A DNA stretch of 64,000 nucleotides from an uncultured Gemmatimonadales bacterium (GTDB taxonomy: Bacteria > Gemmatimonadota > Gemmatimonadetes > Longimicrobiales > RSA9), in NCBI GenBank assembly GCA_963708135.1, contig OY970192.1:5216001-5280000 (forward strand), written 5' to 3'. Shown here piece by piece: positions 18,605-28,071 of the stretch. Within the stretch, counting starts at the first letter, position 1; each line of letters starts with the position of its first letter. The notes beneath the pieces are model-generated. The model was not told where the DNA came from, did not search any database, and saw only the letters and a list, made by a program, of their open reading frames with translations. A program made the translations under genes and the position numbers.

Positions 18605-19618
18605 ATGCTTTCCATCCCCTGGATCCTGGCGCTCGCCACCGGCCTCGCCGCGCCCGCCCCGCAGGTGCCGGCCCCGATCGCCGCAGGCGACGGCGCCACC
18701 GCGGGCGCCGAGCGCGCGTCCGGCGCCGTGGGGGCCGACACGGCCGGCCGGAACGTGCGTCCCGGCAACGCGACGCACCTGCGCATCGAGGTCGCGCCCG
18801 CGGAGACAATGGCCGTCACGCTCGCCGGGGAGGGGTCGCCGGTCGTGATCGTGCCGGGGATGCTCGGCGCCGCGTTCGGGTTCCGGAAGGTGATCCCGCT
18901 GCTCGAGGCCGAGGGCCGCCGGGTGGTCGTGATCGACCCGCTCGGCACCGGGGCGTCTTCCCGGCCACGCCACGCCGACTACTCCTTCACCGCCCAGGCC
19001 GACCGGGTGGCGGCCGTGCTCGACAGCCTCGGGATCGGCGGCGCCGTGGCCGTCTGCCACGCCCTGGGTGCCTCGATCTGCTATCGGCTGGCGTACCGGC
19101 ACCCGGGCGCGCTGGCCGGCATCGTCTCGCTGAACGGCGGCCCGGCCGAGCAGGTGGGCAGCCCCGGGCTCCGCTTCGCCCTCCGCTTCGGGCCGCTGCT
19201 CCGGCTCTTCGGCGGCAATGACGGCGCCCGCAGCAAGGTTCGCGAGGGCCTCCGCCACAGCTCCTTCGACAGCACCTGGGTCACCGAGGCCGTGGTGGAC
19301 GCGTACGTCGCGCCCTTCGGCGGCAGTGCGGGCGGGGCGATCGCGCTGCTCAAGCGCTTCGCCTCCGCCCACGAGCCCGAGCCGCTCGCGCCGCACCTGC
19401 CCGACGTGCGCGTCCCGGTCGAGCTGCTCATCGGCGCGGCCCCCCGCAGCGCCACCGACGACGATGTCCAGCTGGACGTCCTCCGCCGCGGCCTCCCCGA
19501 CCTCGCCGTGGACACCGTGGCCGGCGCCGGCCAGTACATCCAGGAGGAGCGCCCCGCTGCCGTCGCCCGCGCGGTGCTGCGGCTGACCTCCCGCCTGGCG
19601 AGCGCGGGCGCGAGGTGA
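18605..19618 (+). CDS. Secreted alpha/beta-hydrolase-fold protein, catalytic residues substituted
   Basis: IDPLGTGASSRP; CHALG in place of GHSxG; GAGQ in place of GAGH; signal peptide. Confidence 0.8.
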   Translation: MLSIPWILALATGLAAPAPQVPAPIAAGDGATAGAERASGAVGADTAGRNVRPGNATHLRIEVAPAETMAVTLAGEGSPVVIVPGMLGAAFGFRKVIPLLEAEGRRVVVIDPLGTGASSRPRHADYSFTAQADRVAAVLDSLGIGGAVAVCHALGASICYRLAYRHPGALAGIVSLNGGPAEQVGSPGLRFALRFGPLLRLFGGNDGARSKVREGLRHSSFDSTWVTEAVVDAYVAPFGGSAGGAIALLKRFASAHEPEPLAPHLPDVRVPVELLIGAAPRSATDDDVQLDVLRRGLPDLAVDTVAGAGQYIQEERPAAVARAVLRLTSRLASAGAR

Positions 19619-19757
19619 GGGGCGGGGTGGCTGGCAAGCCCTGAGGCATCGTCGGCGAAGGCGGGGGCCCCGTGCCGCGCCTGCGGTCCCGGGGTTGCAT
19701 CACCGCCTTCGAGCGCGGCCGTTCCGGCCGCCGTGCAGCAGCAGAAAGGGGCCGCTC

Positions 19758-20894
19758 GTGATCCCGATCCACCTGAGCCTCGCCGTCCTCGCTGCGGCGT
19801 CGTTCGCCGGGGGTGGCGCCGCGCCCGCGGCGGCCAGCGCCCGGCAGGGCGTCCCCGCGGCGGCGGCGGAGTCGTCGCCTGCCAGCGACTCCGGCCCGCG
19901 CCTCAGCGGCATGGCCGTAATCGTGGCGCCAGGGGAGACGATGGCGGTGAAGGTGGCCGGCTCGGGCCCGCCGGTGCTGGTGGTGCCGGGGCTGTTCGGC
20001 TCGGCCTTCGCCTTCCGCAAGGTGACGCCGCTGCTCGTGGCCGCTGGCCACACGGTGCTGGTGGTGGATCCGCTCGGCGTCGGCAGCTCCTCGCGGCCGG
20101 CCGATGCGGACTACTCCCTGACGGCGCAGGCGGACCGACTGGCCGCCGTGCTGGACGCGCTGCACCTGCACGACGTGCTCGCGCTCTGCCACACCCTCGG
20201 CGCCTCAATGTGCTACCGGTTGGCGTACCGGCACCCGGGCGCGCTCGCGGGGATCGTCTCGATCAACGGCGGACCGGCGGAGGCCATGACGGGTGGCGGG
20301 ATGCGGTTCGCGCTCCACTTCTCGGGGCTGATCAAGCTGTTCGGCGGGCTCGGCGCGGTGCGGAGCAAGGTGCGGGCGCGGATGATCGAGAACTCGGGCG
20401 ACTCGAGCTGGGTCACGCCGCCCGTGGTCGATGCCTACATGCAGAGCTTCGGCCACGACCTCGACGACGCGTTCGCCACGCTGAAGCGCCTGTCCTCGGC
20501 GCACGAGCCCGAGCCGCTGGCGCCGCACCTGGACCAGATCCGGATCCCGGTCGTGCTGCTGCTCGGGACCGGCACCACGACCGGGGTGATCACGCCATCG
20601 CAGACGGCGCTGCTCGAGCGGACGCTGCCGGACCTGGCGGTGGACAGCGTGGCCGGCGCCGGCGAGGACCTGAACGAGGAGCGCCCGCGCGTGGTGGCCG
20701 GGGCCGTGCTCCAGCTCGCCCGGCGCCTCGCTGCGGCCGCGGGCGGGGACCCGGCGGGGGCTCACCCGGGGCCGAGCGCCTCCACTTCCGACTCCCATGC
20801 GACGCCGCGCGCCGCCAGCTCCCCGCGCACGAAGTCCCAGCACCCCGGCGCCGCACCCACCTGCTCCGGCGGCGAGACGCCGGGCTCGTCGTAG
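19758..20894 (+). CDS. Secreted alpha/beta-hydrolase-fold protein, paralog of the upstream gene
   Basis: VDPLGVGSSSRP; CHTLG; GAGE; shares YRLAYRHPGALAGIVS and SAHEPEPLAPHL with 18605-19618. Confidence 0.8.
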   Translation: MIPIHLSLAVLAAASFAGGGAAPAAASARQGVPAAAAESSPASDSGPRLSGMAVIVAPGETMAVKVAGSGPPVLVVPGLFGSAFAFRKVTPLLVAAGHTVLVVDPLGVGSSSRPADADYSLTAQADRLAAVLDALHLHDVLALCHTLGASMCYRLAYRHPGALAGIVSINGGPAEAMTGGGMRFALHFSGLIKLFGGLGAVRSKVRARMIENSGDSSWVTPPVVDAYMQSFGHDLDDAFATLKRLSSAHEPEPLAPHLDQIRIPVVLLLGTGTTTGVITPSQTALLERTLPDLAVDSVAGAGEDLNEERPRVVAGAVLQLARRLAAAAGGDPAGAHPGPSASTSDSHATPRAASSPRTKSQHPGAAPTCSGGETPGSS

Positions 20895-21904
20895 AGGCCG
20901 CGCGCCACGAGCCGCACCATCGCCGTGCAGGTGTAGCCCGTCGTGCGCGCCATCGACAGCGTCCCCGTGGCCGCGTCGTAGCGGTCGAGCAGCGACCATG
21001 TGTGCCGCTCCCGCCGCCCCTCCCGCCGCCCCTCCACCACCACCCGCATGAGCGTGAGGTCCGCCTCGCCCGGCGCGTAGCGCCAGAGCGGGAAGAGTAG
21101 CGAGGCCGCGACCTCCAGCGGGCTCACCTCGACAGCGCCGACGCGACGGGGCGTCGGATCGAAGAAGCCGCTCTCCTGCAGCATCCGCATGCGCGCCGCA
21201 TGCCCCGGATAGCGCAGCGTCTTCTCCACCATCGATGGCGCCTCGATCGTCCGGAGCAGCGTCCGCAGCCCGTCCGTGTTGAACGCCTCGAGGGTGCCCA
21301 CGCCCGGGAAGTCGATCGTCTCGACCTCGGAGAGCGCCGGCAGGGTGACGTCGCGGCCGTCGCGGCGGAAGCGCGCGGGGCGGGTGTACTCGGCAATGAC
21401 GTCGATGGGCGAGAACGGCGCCTTGTACTCGTACGGCAGCACCCGCACGGCCGGCAGTCCGCCGACCGCGCACCAGAAGCGGTCCGTCTCGTCGAAGGTG
21501 TCGTCCAGCCAGCCGAGGATCAGGTTGCTGCACCCCGGCGCGATGCCGCAGTCCACCAGCGCAGTGCAGCCCCGCTCCCGCGCCAGCGGGTCCAGCGTGA
21601 GCGCATCCTCCTCGAAGAACGAGATGTCCACGAGATGCCTGCCCGCCTCGAGCACCGCGCGCGCCGCGGCGTACCCCATCGGCCCCGGCACCGCGCCCAC
21701 GACCAGCTCCGCCCCGGCGACGACCTCGCCGATCGCGCCCGGCGCGCCCAGGTCCGCCTGCCGCCGGGCCCCCACCGCATCGCCGAGCGCGTCGAGCGCC
21801 GCCTGCGACGCGTCCACCGCCGTCACCTCGAACTCACCGCCCGCGGCCAGGTCCCGCGCGATCGCGGCGCCCACCCGGCCGGCGCCCAGCACGACGATCT
21901 TCAC
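20762..21904 (-). CDS. Saccharopine dehydrogenase family oxidoreductase
   Basis: VLGAGRVG Rossmann motif, DCGIAPG, FNTDGLRT, KTLRYPGH, SMARTTG. Confidence 0.9.
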   Translation of the reverse strand: MKIVVLGAGRVGAAIARDLAAGGEFEVTAVDASQAALDALGDAVGARRQADLGAPGAIGEVVAGAELVVGAVPGPMGYAAARAVLEAGRHLVDISFFEEDALTLDPLARERGCTALVDCGIAPGCSNLILGWLDDTFDETDRFWCAVGGLPAVRVLPYEYKAPFSPIDVIAEYTRPARFRRDGRDVTLPALSEVETIDFPGVGTLEAFNTDGLRTLLRTIEAPSMVEKTLRYPGHAARMRMLQESGFFDPTPRRVGAVEVSPLEVAASLLFPLWRYAPGEADLTLMRVVVEGRREGRRERHTWSLLDRYDAATGTLSMARTTGYTCTAMVRLVARGLYDEPGVSPPEQVGAAPGCWDFVRGELAARGVAWESEVEALGPG

Positions 21905-22094
21905 TGCGGCCTCCCGTTCGGGAATCTCCTCGAGCCATTGCCCCGCGGCGGGCGGCGGCCGCGCACGGTGGGACGCGCGCGCCGGCGGCGCAAGGTGTGA
22001 GGCCGGCCCGGCGGCCGCCCGGCTCGCCGCCTCCCGCAGTCGGGAGCCGCGGTTGCCGCGAAGCCGGCATGGCCGAGCCCGGGCAGCCCCCGGG

Positions 22095-22134
22095 ATCGTC
22101 GCCCGGTCTCCCACTCCCCCACTCTCCCACTCTC
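22095..22134. repeat. Intergenic (ACTCTCCC)n repeat family copy with ATCGTCGCCCGGTCTCCC head
   Basis: Same motif recurs at 27214, 29497, 40006, 40203, 40337, 53610, 53773 and 61938. Confidence 0.85.
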
Positions 22135-22202
22135 GCCGGTTGGGCTCGTCCAGGCACCGCCGGCCTGACCCGCCTGACGTCTGCCCGACGAGCATGCACC
22201 AC

Positions 22203-24119
22203 TCAACTCAGCACGACCGCCGTCAGCGCCACGAGCAGCGCGGCGCCGATCGCCACCCAGAGCGCGTTGTCGCCTACGAGGCCCGAGTGCATCGCGCGCA
22301 GCGCGGCCATCGGCCCGCCCAGGACCCAGCCGATCAGCCTGCGCGCCCCCCCCGGGATCCGGTCCTGGTACAGTGCGAGCAGGGCGAGAAGGACCGCGGC
22401 CAGCGAGGTCAGGAGCGACGGCAGCACCGCGGGCGCGGAGCCGGAGCCCGCGTCGCCGCCGGCCGGCGGCCGGGCCGCCCGCACAGCGGCCTCGCGTCCC
22501 CCGCCTCCGCCGCCCCGCTGCGGCGCGGAACCGGCCAGGGCGCGGACGTCGGCCGCCCCCTCACCGGCCCCGTTCCCGAACGTCGCCGCGACGTAGGCGG
22601 CGGGGTCGGCGAAGCGCGTGGCGGCGCGCTCGGCGCCGCTGGTGAACGCCGGCACGATGCCGGCGGCCAGGGCGGCCAGCGTGAGGGCGAGGGCGGCACC
22701 GACCATCACGCCGGGCAGCCGGTTCCGCCAGCCGCTTGTCTCGCGCTCCTCCTTGCCGCCGCTCGGCGCCTCCGCGGCCGCCTCGCCGCGGGAGCCGAGG
22801 CCCAGGAAGACGCGGCCGGCGGCGCGCAGCACCGCGGCACCGGTCACGGCGGAGGCGAACCGTACGAGCCAGGGCACCCAGTGCAGCCCCGCGGCCGTTG
22901 CGGCCTCCTCGATGCGCGCGGCGCCGGTCCAGGTGCCGAACGGCGGCAGTCCGGCGAGTGCCAGCCCGCCCGCCAGGTAAACGAGCCCCGCGGCGGGGAT
23001 GCGTGCGCCCCGGCCCCGCAGATCGAGCTCATCGACGGTCGAGAAGCGGTGCAGCAGCGTGCCGGTGGCCATGAAGAGCGCGGCCATGATGAGGCCGTGT
23101 CCGACGGCGTAGAGGCCGGCGCCGGCGAGGCCCGCGCCATCGAGCAGCGCGATGCCGGCCAGCATGAGCCCCGCGTGTGCCACGGTGGCGAAGGCGAGCA
23201 TCCGCTTGAGGTGTCGCTGGGCGAACGCCATGAGGCCGCCCACGACGACGGCTGCCGCGGCGAAGCCGAGCAGGATGGCGCGCACCTCCGAGGCGTGGCC
23301 GGCCAGCGGCGCGGCGAAGACGCTCCAGTAGATGCGGGCCACGCCGTACAGCCCCAGCTCCGTCAGCACGGCGGCGAACGCCGCCGCCACGGGGATGGGC
23401 GCCACGGCGTAGGCGTCGGCGACCCAGAGTTGGAAGGGCGGCAGGGCGGCCTTGGTGAAGAGGCCGGCGAGCAGCAGGGCGAGCGAGGCGAGCACGAGCG
23501 CGTCCGGCGGCCGGCCGCCGAGAGCGGCGCCGATCGCCGCCAGGTTGAGCGCGCCGGTGCGGGCGTAGAGCAGGCCGATGGCGGTCAGCACGAGCATGGC
23601 CGCGATCGTGTTGGCGACGGCGAAGTTGATCGCGCCCTGGAGCGGCCCCGGATCCTCGATCTTGAAGCCGGTGAGCGCATATGCCGGGATGCTGGCCAGC
23701 TCGAGGAAGACGAAGAGGTCGAAGAGGTCGCCGCTCAGGCAGAAGCCGCACACGCCCGCCAGGAGCAGGAGCATCAGGACGTGGAAGAGCGTGCCGGGCG
23801 CATCGAAGTAGCGCCAGGAAAAGACGAAGCCCGCGGTGAGCACCGTCGCTCCGAGGGCGGCAAGGCCGGCGCCGCCCGGGTCGATGAAGAAGGAGATCCC
23901 CACCTCCACGCCCGCCTCCGGCCGCCAGCCGCCCAGCCAGTAGACGAGCGGCGCCCGCGCCGTGGCCACCGCCAGGATGCCACACAGCCCCGCCGTGGCC
24001 GCGCCCGCGGCAATGGCGAGGGCGTCGGCGGTGCGCCGGTGCATGCGGTGCGTCGTCGCCATGAGCAACGCGGCGGCGAGCAGCGGTACGGCGACCGGCA
24101 GAGGAGCGAGCGGCCGCAT
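22203..24119 (-). CDS. MrpD/MnhD-like antiporter subunit (complex I subunit 5 family)
   Basis: GDLFDLFVFLEL, KAALPPFQLWVADAY, KRMLAFATVAHAG, LAGLPPF. Confidence 0.85.
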   Translation of the reverse strand: MRPLAPLPVAVPLLAAALLMATTHRMHRRTADALAIAAGAATAGLCGILAVATARAPLVYWLGGWRPEAGVEVGISFFIDPGGAGLAALGATVLTAGFVFSWRYFDAPGTLFHVLMLLLLAGVCGFCLSGDLFDLFVFLELASIPAYALTGFKIEDPGPLQGAINFAVANTIAAMLVLTAIGLLYARTGALNLAAIGAALGGRPPDALVLASLALLLAGLFTKAALPPFQLWVADAYAVAPIPVAAAFAAVLTELGLYGVARIYWSVFAAPLAGHASEVRAILLGFAAAAVVVGGLMAFAQRHLKRMLAFATVAHAGLMLAGIALLDGAGLAGAGLYAVGHGLIMAALFMATGTLLHRFSTVDELDLRGRGARIPAAGLVYLAGGLALAGLPPFGTWTGAARIEEAATAAGLHWVPWLVRFASAVTGAAVLRAAGRVFLGLGSRGEAAAEAPSGGKEERETSGWRNRLPGVMVGAALALTLAALAAGIVPAFTSGAERAATRFADPAAYVAATFGNGAGEGAADVRALAGSAPQRGGGGGGREAAVRAARPPAGGDAGSGSAPAVLPSLLTSLAAVLLALLALYQDRIPGGARRLIGWVLGGPMAALRAMHSGLVGDNALWVAIGAALLVALTAVVLS

Positions 24120-24128
24120 CGCCGGCGC

Positions 24129-24473
24129 TCAGCCGCGCAGCTCGCGCAGCGCCTGCGGATCGAGCGTGTGCAGTCGGTTGTGGCTCTGGAGGACGAGGGC
24201 GAGGAGCAGCGCCGTGACGGCGGCGCCGACCACGATGTCGGTGAGCGTGAGCGCCTGCACGACCGGGTCCACGGCGGGCGAGCCGGCAGGGACGGACGCG
24301 AAGACGGGCGCGCCGGCGCCGCGGCGGTAGCCGATGGCCAGGAGCAGCACGTAGGTGGCCGACTGCGCCACGCCCAGGCACTGCACGAGGTGCACGAGGT
24401 TGCGGCTGGTCACCACGCCGTAGAGCCCCACGAGCAGCAGCCAGAGCGCGACGAGGTAGGCGAGCGCCGTCAT
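24129..24473 (-). CDS. MrpC/MnhC subunit
   Basis: DPVVQALTLTDIVVG motif; three TM segments. Confidence 0.85.
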   Translation of the reverse strand: MTALAYLVALWLLLVGLYGVVTSRNLVHLVQCLGVAQSATYVLLLAIGYRRGAGAPVFASVPAGSPAVDPVVQALTLTDIVVGAAVTALLLALVLQSHNRLHTLDPQALRELRG

Positions 24474-25228
24474 TGCCGGCCGCTCCGCAGCACGAGCGCC
24501 TGCCTCAGGAAGAGCACCCCGAGCAGGACGAAGGACGCTGTGACCTCGAGCCCCACCACCACGTTGAGCAGGGCGATCGTGCCGGCGGAGAGCAGGTGCC
24601 CCGGCTTTCCCAGGCCCAGGAAGTTGGCGAGGAACGCCTGGCCGGCGAGGAGGCCCCCCAGGCCGACGAGCACGTAGCCGCCACCGGCCACCGACTCGCC
24701 GCCCTCCAGCCAGGCCTCCGGCGTGAGCCGGCGCAGGATCCGGAAGTCGTCGGCCAGGTAGACGAGCACCCACGCCGATGCGACGACGACCGCGCCCTGG
24801 AAGCCGCCGCCCGGCGTCAGGTGCCCGTGCGCCACGAGGTACAGCCCGAAGAGCGCGGTGAAGCCCAGCATCCCGAGCGCGCCCAGCCGGATCGCCGCGC
24901 TGGCGGTGAACTCGCCGCGCGAGGTCCGCTCGACCTCGCGCGCCGCTTCTTCCTCGCCCTCCCGCGCCGGCAGCAGCAGCGTGACGCCGACCACCGCCGC
25001 GAACAGCACGAACTCCTCGCCCAGCGTGTCCAGCCCGCGGTAGTCGAACATGATGGAAGCGACGACGTTGGTGGCGTGGCGCTGCGCCACCGCGGTCGAG
25101 AGCAGCGTCCGGCCGTACGCCTCGGCCGCCGCGCCGAACGGCGGCAGCGCAGCGATCGCCGGCACGAGGAAGAACGCCAGCACGGCACCCGCCAGGAGGA
25201 AGAGCACGCGCCGCGGCATCGGGCTCAC
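24470..25228 (-). CDS. MrpB/MnhB-domain subunit
   Basis: NVVASIMFDYRGLDTLGEE, GHLTPGGGFQG. Confidence 0.9.
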   Translation of the reverse strand: MSPMPRRVLFLLAGAVLAFFLVPAIAALPPFGAAAEAYGRTLLSTAVAQRHATNVVASIMFDYRGLDTLGEEFVLFAAVVGVTLLLPAREGEEEAAREVERTSRGEFTASAAIRLGALGMLGFTALFGLYLVAHGHLTPGGGFQGAVVVASAWVLVYLADDFRILRRLTPEAWLEGGESVAGGGYVLVGLGGLLAGQAFLANFLGLGKPGHLLSAGTIALLNVVVGLEVTASFVLLGVLFLRQALVLRSGRQ

Positions 25229-25464
25229 CGCTTCCGCTCCCGCACCCGGGTCAGTGTGAGCAGCACCATCAGCGGCACGGCGACGCTGCCCACCGCGAGC
25301 TCCGACATCGCCACGCCGGGCGCGCCCAGCACGAAGAACAGCAGGGCCAGGGCGAGGCCGTAGATCCCGTTCACAAGCGCCTGCGGCAGCGGGTCGCGCG
25401 TCAGCACGACGGCCGTGCCCGCCGCGGCCACGAGCAGGAGCGAGAGCACCTCGATGAGCATCAT
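25225..25464 (-). CDS. DUF4040/MnhB-associated small membrane subunit
   Basis: LGAPGVAMSELAVG motif; 4-nt overlaps within the operon. Confidence 0.8.
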   Translation of the reverse strand: MMLIEVLSLLLVAAAGTAVVLTRDPLPQALVNGIYGLALALLFFVLGAPGVAMSELAVGSVAVPLMVLLTLTRVRERKR

Positions 25465-25784
25465 CGGCCGGCCACCTCGCTCGGCCGCGCCAACAGGTCG
25501 CCGCGCAGGCGCACGTGCGCCGCGCGGCCGGTCGCGTGCGTGAGGACGGGCCCCGTCGCCAGGATGACGATGCCGAGCAGCACCGCCTTCGCGCCGGCCA
25601 CGAAGCCGGGCGCCGCGACGAGCACCGCCGCGACCACGAGCACCGTGCCCACCGTCGTGGCCGGCCCCAGGAAGTGCAGCTGGTCGAACGGGTCGCGGTG
25701 CACCAGGATGCCGACGCAGCAGAGCAGCTCCACGGCGACGCCGACCGCGAGCAGCACGCTCGCCGCCCAGCCCGCCGCGCTCAC
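25461..25784 (-). CDS. MrpG/MnhG subunit
   Basis: DPFDQLH, GPVLTHATGRA. Confidence 0.85.
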   Translation of the reverse strand: MSAAGWAASVLLAVGVAVELLCCVGILVHRDPFDQLHFLGPATTVGTVLVVAAVLVAAPGFVAGAKAVLLGIVILATGPVLTHATGRAAHVRLRGDLLARPSEVAGR

Positions 25785-26041
25785 AGCCAGCGCTCCAGGA
25801 AGCGGGCGAACACGAGGCCGCCGGGGAAGGAGAGCAGCGCGAGGAGCAGCGCCACGTCGAGCATCTCGGAGCGGCCGGACGCGGCGGCGAGGAGCGCAAG
25901 CGCGAGGGTGGCCTGTACGCCCGCGAGCTCCAGCGCGATCAGCCGGGACAGCGGCTCGCGCCGGAGCGCAGCCGCCAGGCAGCCGAAGAGGCCGAGCAGG
26001 AGCGCCGCGGCGCCGATCAGCCAGGGGCTCAGACCAGCCAC
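25781..26041 (-). CDS. MrpF/MnhF subunit
   Basis: SRLIALE...LDVALLLALLSFPG.LVFARFLE; GAGGAG RBS before GTG 26041. Confidence 0.85.
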   Translation of the reverse strand: MAGLSPWLIGAAALLLGLFGCLAAALRREPLSRLIALELAGVQATLALALLAAASGRSEMLDVALLLALLSFPGGLVFARFLERWL

Positions 26042-26499
26042 GTCAGCTCCTCGGTCATGCGCGTGCCCCGCGCCTCCAGCCGGTGCAGGAGCAGGAGCTT
26101 CCGCTTGCGATCGATCGCCACCACGTAGGTGTTGGGCGTCGCGGACAGTGCGCCCGTGACCACCGCCCGCCGCGCCAGCCCGACCGGCCCATCGGTCCCT
26201 GGATCGAACGGCACCGCGAGGAACGAGCTCCGCCGCGGCCGGCCGAGGAGCCGCAGCGCGAGCGCGTGGAACACGACCAGCGTATCCATCGGCACCCGCA
26301 CCGCGGCCCAGCGCAGCAGCTTCAGCCAGCGCGCTCGCCCGCGGAACCGCCCCAGCCCCCGCGCCTCGAGTGCCCGGACCACGATCGTGAGCAGCGCCGC
26401 GGCGAGCCCGCCGGCCAGCCACTCCGCGGCGTCCAGGCTTCCCGCCAGCAGCAGCCACGTCGCGGTGAGCGCGATCCACCACCTCGGCCACCCGGAAAT
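26029..26499 (-). CDS. MrpE/MnhE subunit (possible ATT start)
   Basis: WLLLAG N-terminus, SATPNTYVVAID...LLLH motif; AGGAGG RBS precedes in-frame ATT. Confidence 0.75.
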   Translation of the reverse strand: MSGWPRWWIALTATWLLLAGSLDAAEWLAGGLAAALLTIVVRALEARGLGRFRGRARWLKLLRWAAVRVPMDTLVVFHALALRLLGRPRRSSFLAVPFDPGTDGPVGLARRAVVTGALSATPNTYVVAIDRKRKLLLLHRLEARGTRMTEELTWLV

Positions 26500-26693
26500 G
26501 GCGTCCCCTCCTGTGCCGGTGCCCGCACCTATCCGCCGAGCGGAGGGCAGGTTCCGGGCCAGGCGTCGGGCTGGCGCATCGTCGGCCCGGCCGGACGCGG
26601 GCAGGACACCGCCGGGCCGCGACTCCCGGGCCGGGCCGCCTCCATCCGCCCGCCTCCGGCTCCCGGCGCGCCGCACCTGCCAGGCGGCGCTCC

Positions 26694-26797
26694 GGTGGTG
26701 AGGCCCTCTCCGGCCCTGCGGAACTCGCGGCTCCGCCCCCGCTCCCCCGCCGCCCGGCCGCTCGGACAGTCCTCGGTCCTCCGAGGGCCTCACCACC
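26694..26797. repeat. 104-bp element with perfect 15-bp terminal inverted repeats
   Basis: GGTGGTGAGGCCCTC (26694-26708) and GAGGGCCTCACCACC (26783-26797). Confidence 0.8.
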
Positions 26798-27389
26798 TTC
26801 GCCCCCGTCCGTGGTGATCCGAGAGGCGGCGGTGACGACCCGGGAGCATCCCCCTCCCCAGCACTTGAGCCTAGGCTTCCGACCGCACCTTCAGCAATGA
26901 GATCGGCACCAATGTTCCCACATCGCGAACTGCTGCATCGGGTAGTCACCGGGAACCCGAACGGCCTCTCGGCGCTACTCGCCGCGTTTCTTCTTAACGA
27001 ACGGACTACTCCGCGCCATGTAGACTGGCGGCGGGATCCCGACGCCCGCGACGGACCGGGTGGCAACGGTGAACGCACTGGCGGGGGCTGAGCGCGCGGC
27101 CGCGGGAGCCGTGCGCAGTCAAATGGCCTTCTCGCTCAAGAAATACCACGCCGCGCGCCGGCCGGCATGCTGCCGCGCGCCTCCTGGCCCGGGGACCCTT
27201 GGCCGCCGCGAACGTCTCCCACTCTCCCACTCTCCCACTCCGGATTTCACCAACCTGCGCCCGCCGCTGACCGGCTCGCGCGTCCGAGGCCCGCTTGACC
27301 TGCCTCCCCACGCCTGCGAACGTTGGCAGAGGACGTGCAACGTCGTCCGCCGGGCACACGACAGACCGCGAGAGGAAGAGGGAACCCCC

Positions 27390-27989
27390 ATGCCTGAGGA
27401 ACCGCGTCCAGAGCGGACCGAGCCGCAGAAGACGGCGTCGGCGGTGACGGACTCGCTGCGCGAGCGGCTGTTCAAGGAGCGCATGCTGCTGATCAGCGGC
27501 GAGATCAACCAGCGGCTCGCCGCGGACGTGATCGCGCAGCTGCTGGCCATGTCGGTCGAGTCGGACGACCCGATCACGCTCTTCATCAACTCGCAGGGCG
27601 GGCACGTCGAGTCCGGCGACACGATCCACGACATGATCAACTTCGTGAAGCCGCGCGTCCGCATCGTCGGCACCGGCTGGGTCGCCAGCGCCGGCGCGCT
27701 GATCTACATCTCCGTGCCGAAGGAGGACCGCTACTGCCTGCCGAACACCCGCTTCCTGCTGCACCAGCCCGCGGGCGGCGCGGGCGGCAGCGCGGCCGAC
27801 ATCGAGATCGAGGCGCGCGAGATCCTGCGCATGCGCGACCGGCTGAACCGCCTCATCGCCAAGCAGACCGGGCAGCCGCTCGAGAAGATCGAGGAGGACA
27901 CCCGCCGCAACTTCTGGCTGGACGCCGAGGCCGCCATGGAGTACGGGCTCGTCGGCCACATCGTGCACCAGATCGACGAGGTGAAGTAG
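27390..27989 (+). CDS. clpP: ATP-dependent Clp protease proteolytic subunit
   Basis: [32 protein letters not shown]. Confidence 0.93.
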   Translation: MPEEPRPERTEPQKTASAVTDSLRERLFKERMLLISGEINQRLAADVIAQLLAMSVESDDPITLFINSQGGHVESGDTIHDMINFVKPRVRIVGTGWVASAGALIYISVPKEDRYCLPNTRFLLHQPAGGAGGSAADIEIEAREILRMRDRLNRLIAKQTGQPLEKIEEDTRRNFWLDAEAAMEYGLVGHIVHQIDEVK

Positions 27990-28071
27990 GCCACGCGGCC
28001 GCCGCCGCCCCGTCGCCTTCCGGCAGGCCTCTTGCCGCCGCGGATCCATCGTCCCACACCGGAGGATCCCG

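Noticed and set aside
20762..20894. 133-nt convergent gene overlap (also 5602-5630 and 14130-14176)
   Set aside because: Low-complexity C-terminal run-ons are common where stops are rare in GC-rich DNA
27895..27920. ClpP has RN instead of RD at the catalytic Asp position
   Set aside because: Ser and His are intact, and I cannot show by eye that this variant is unusual
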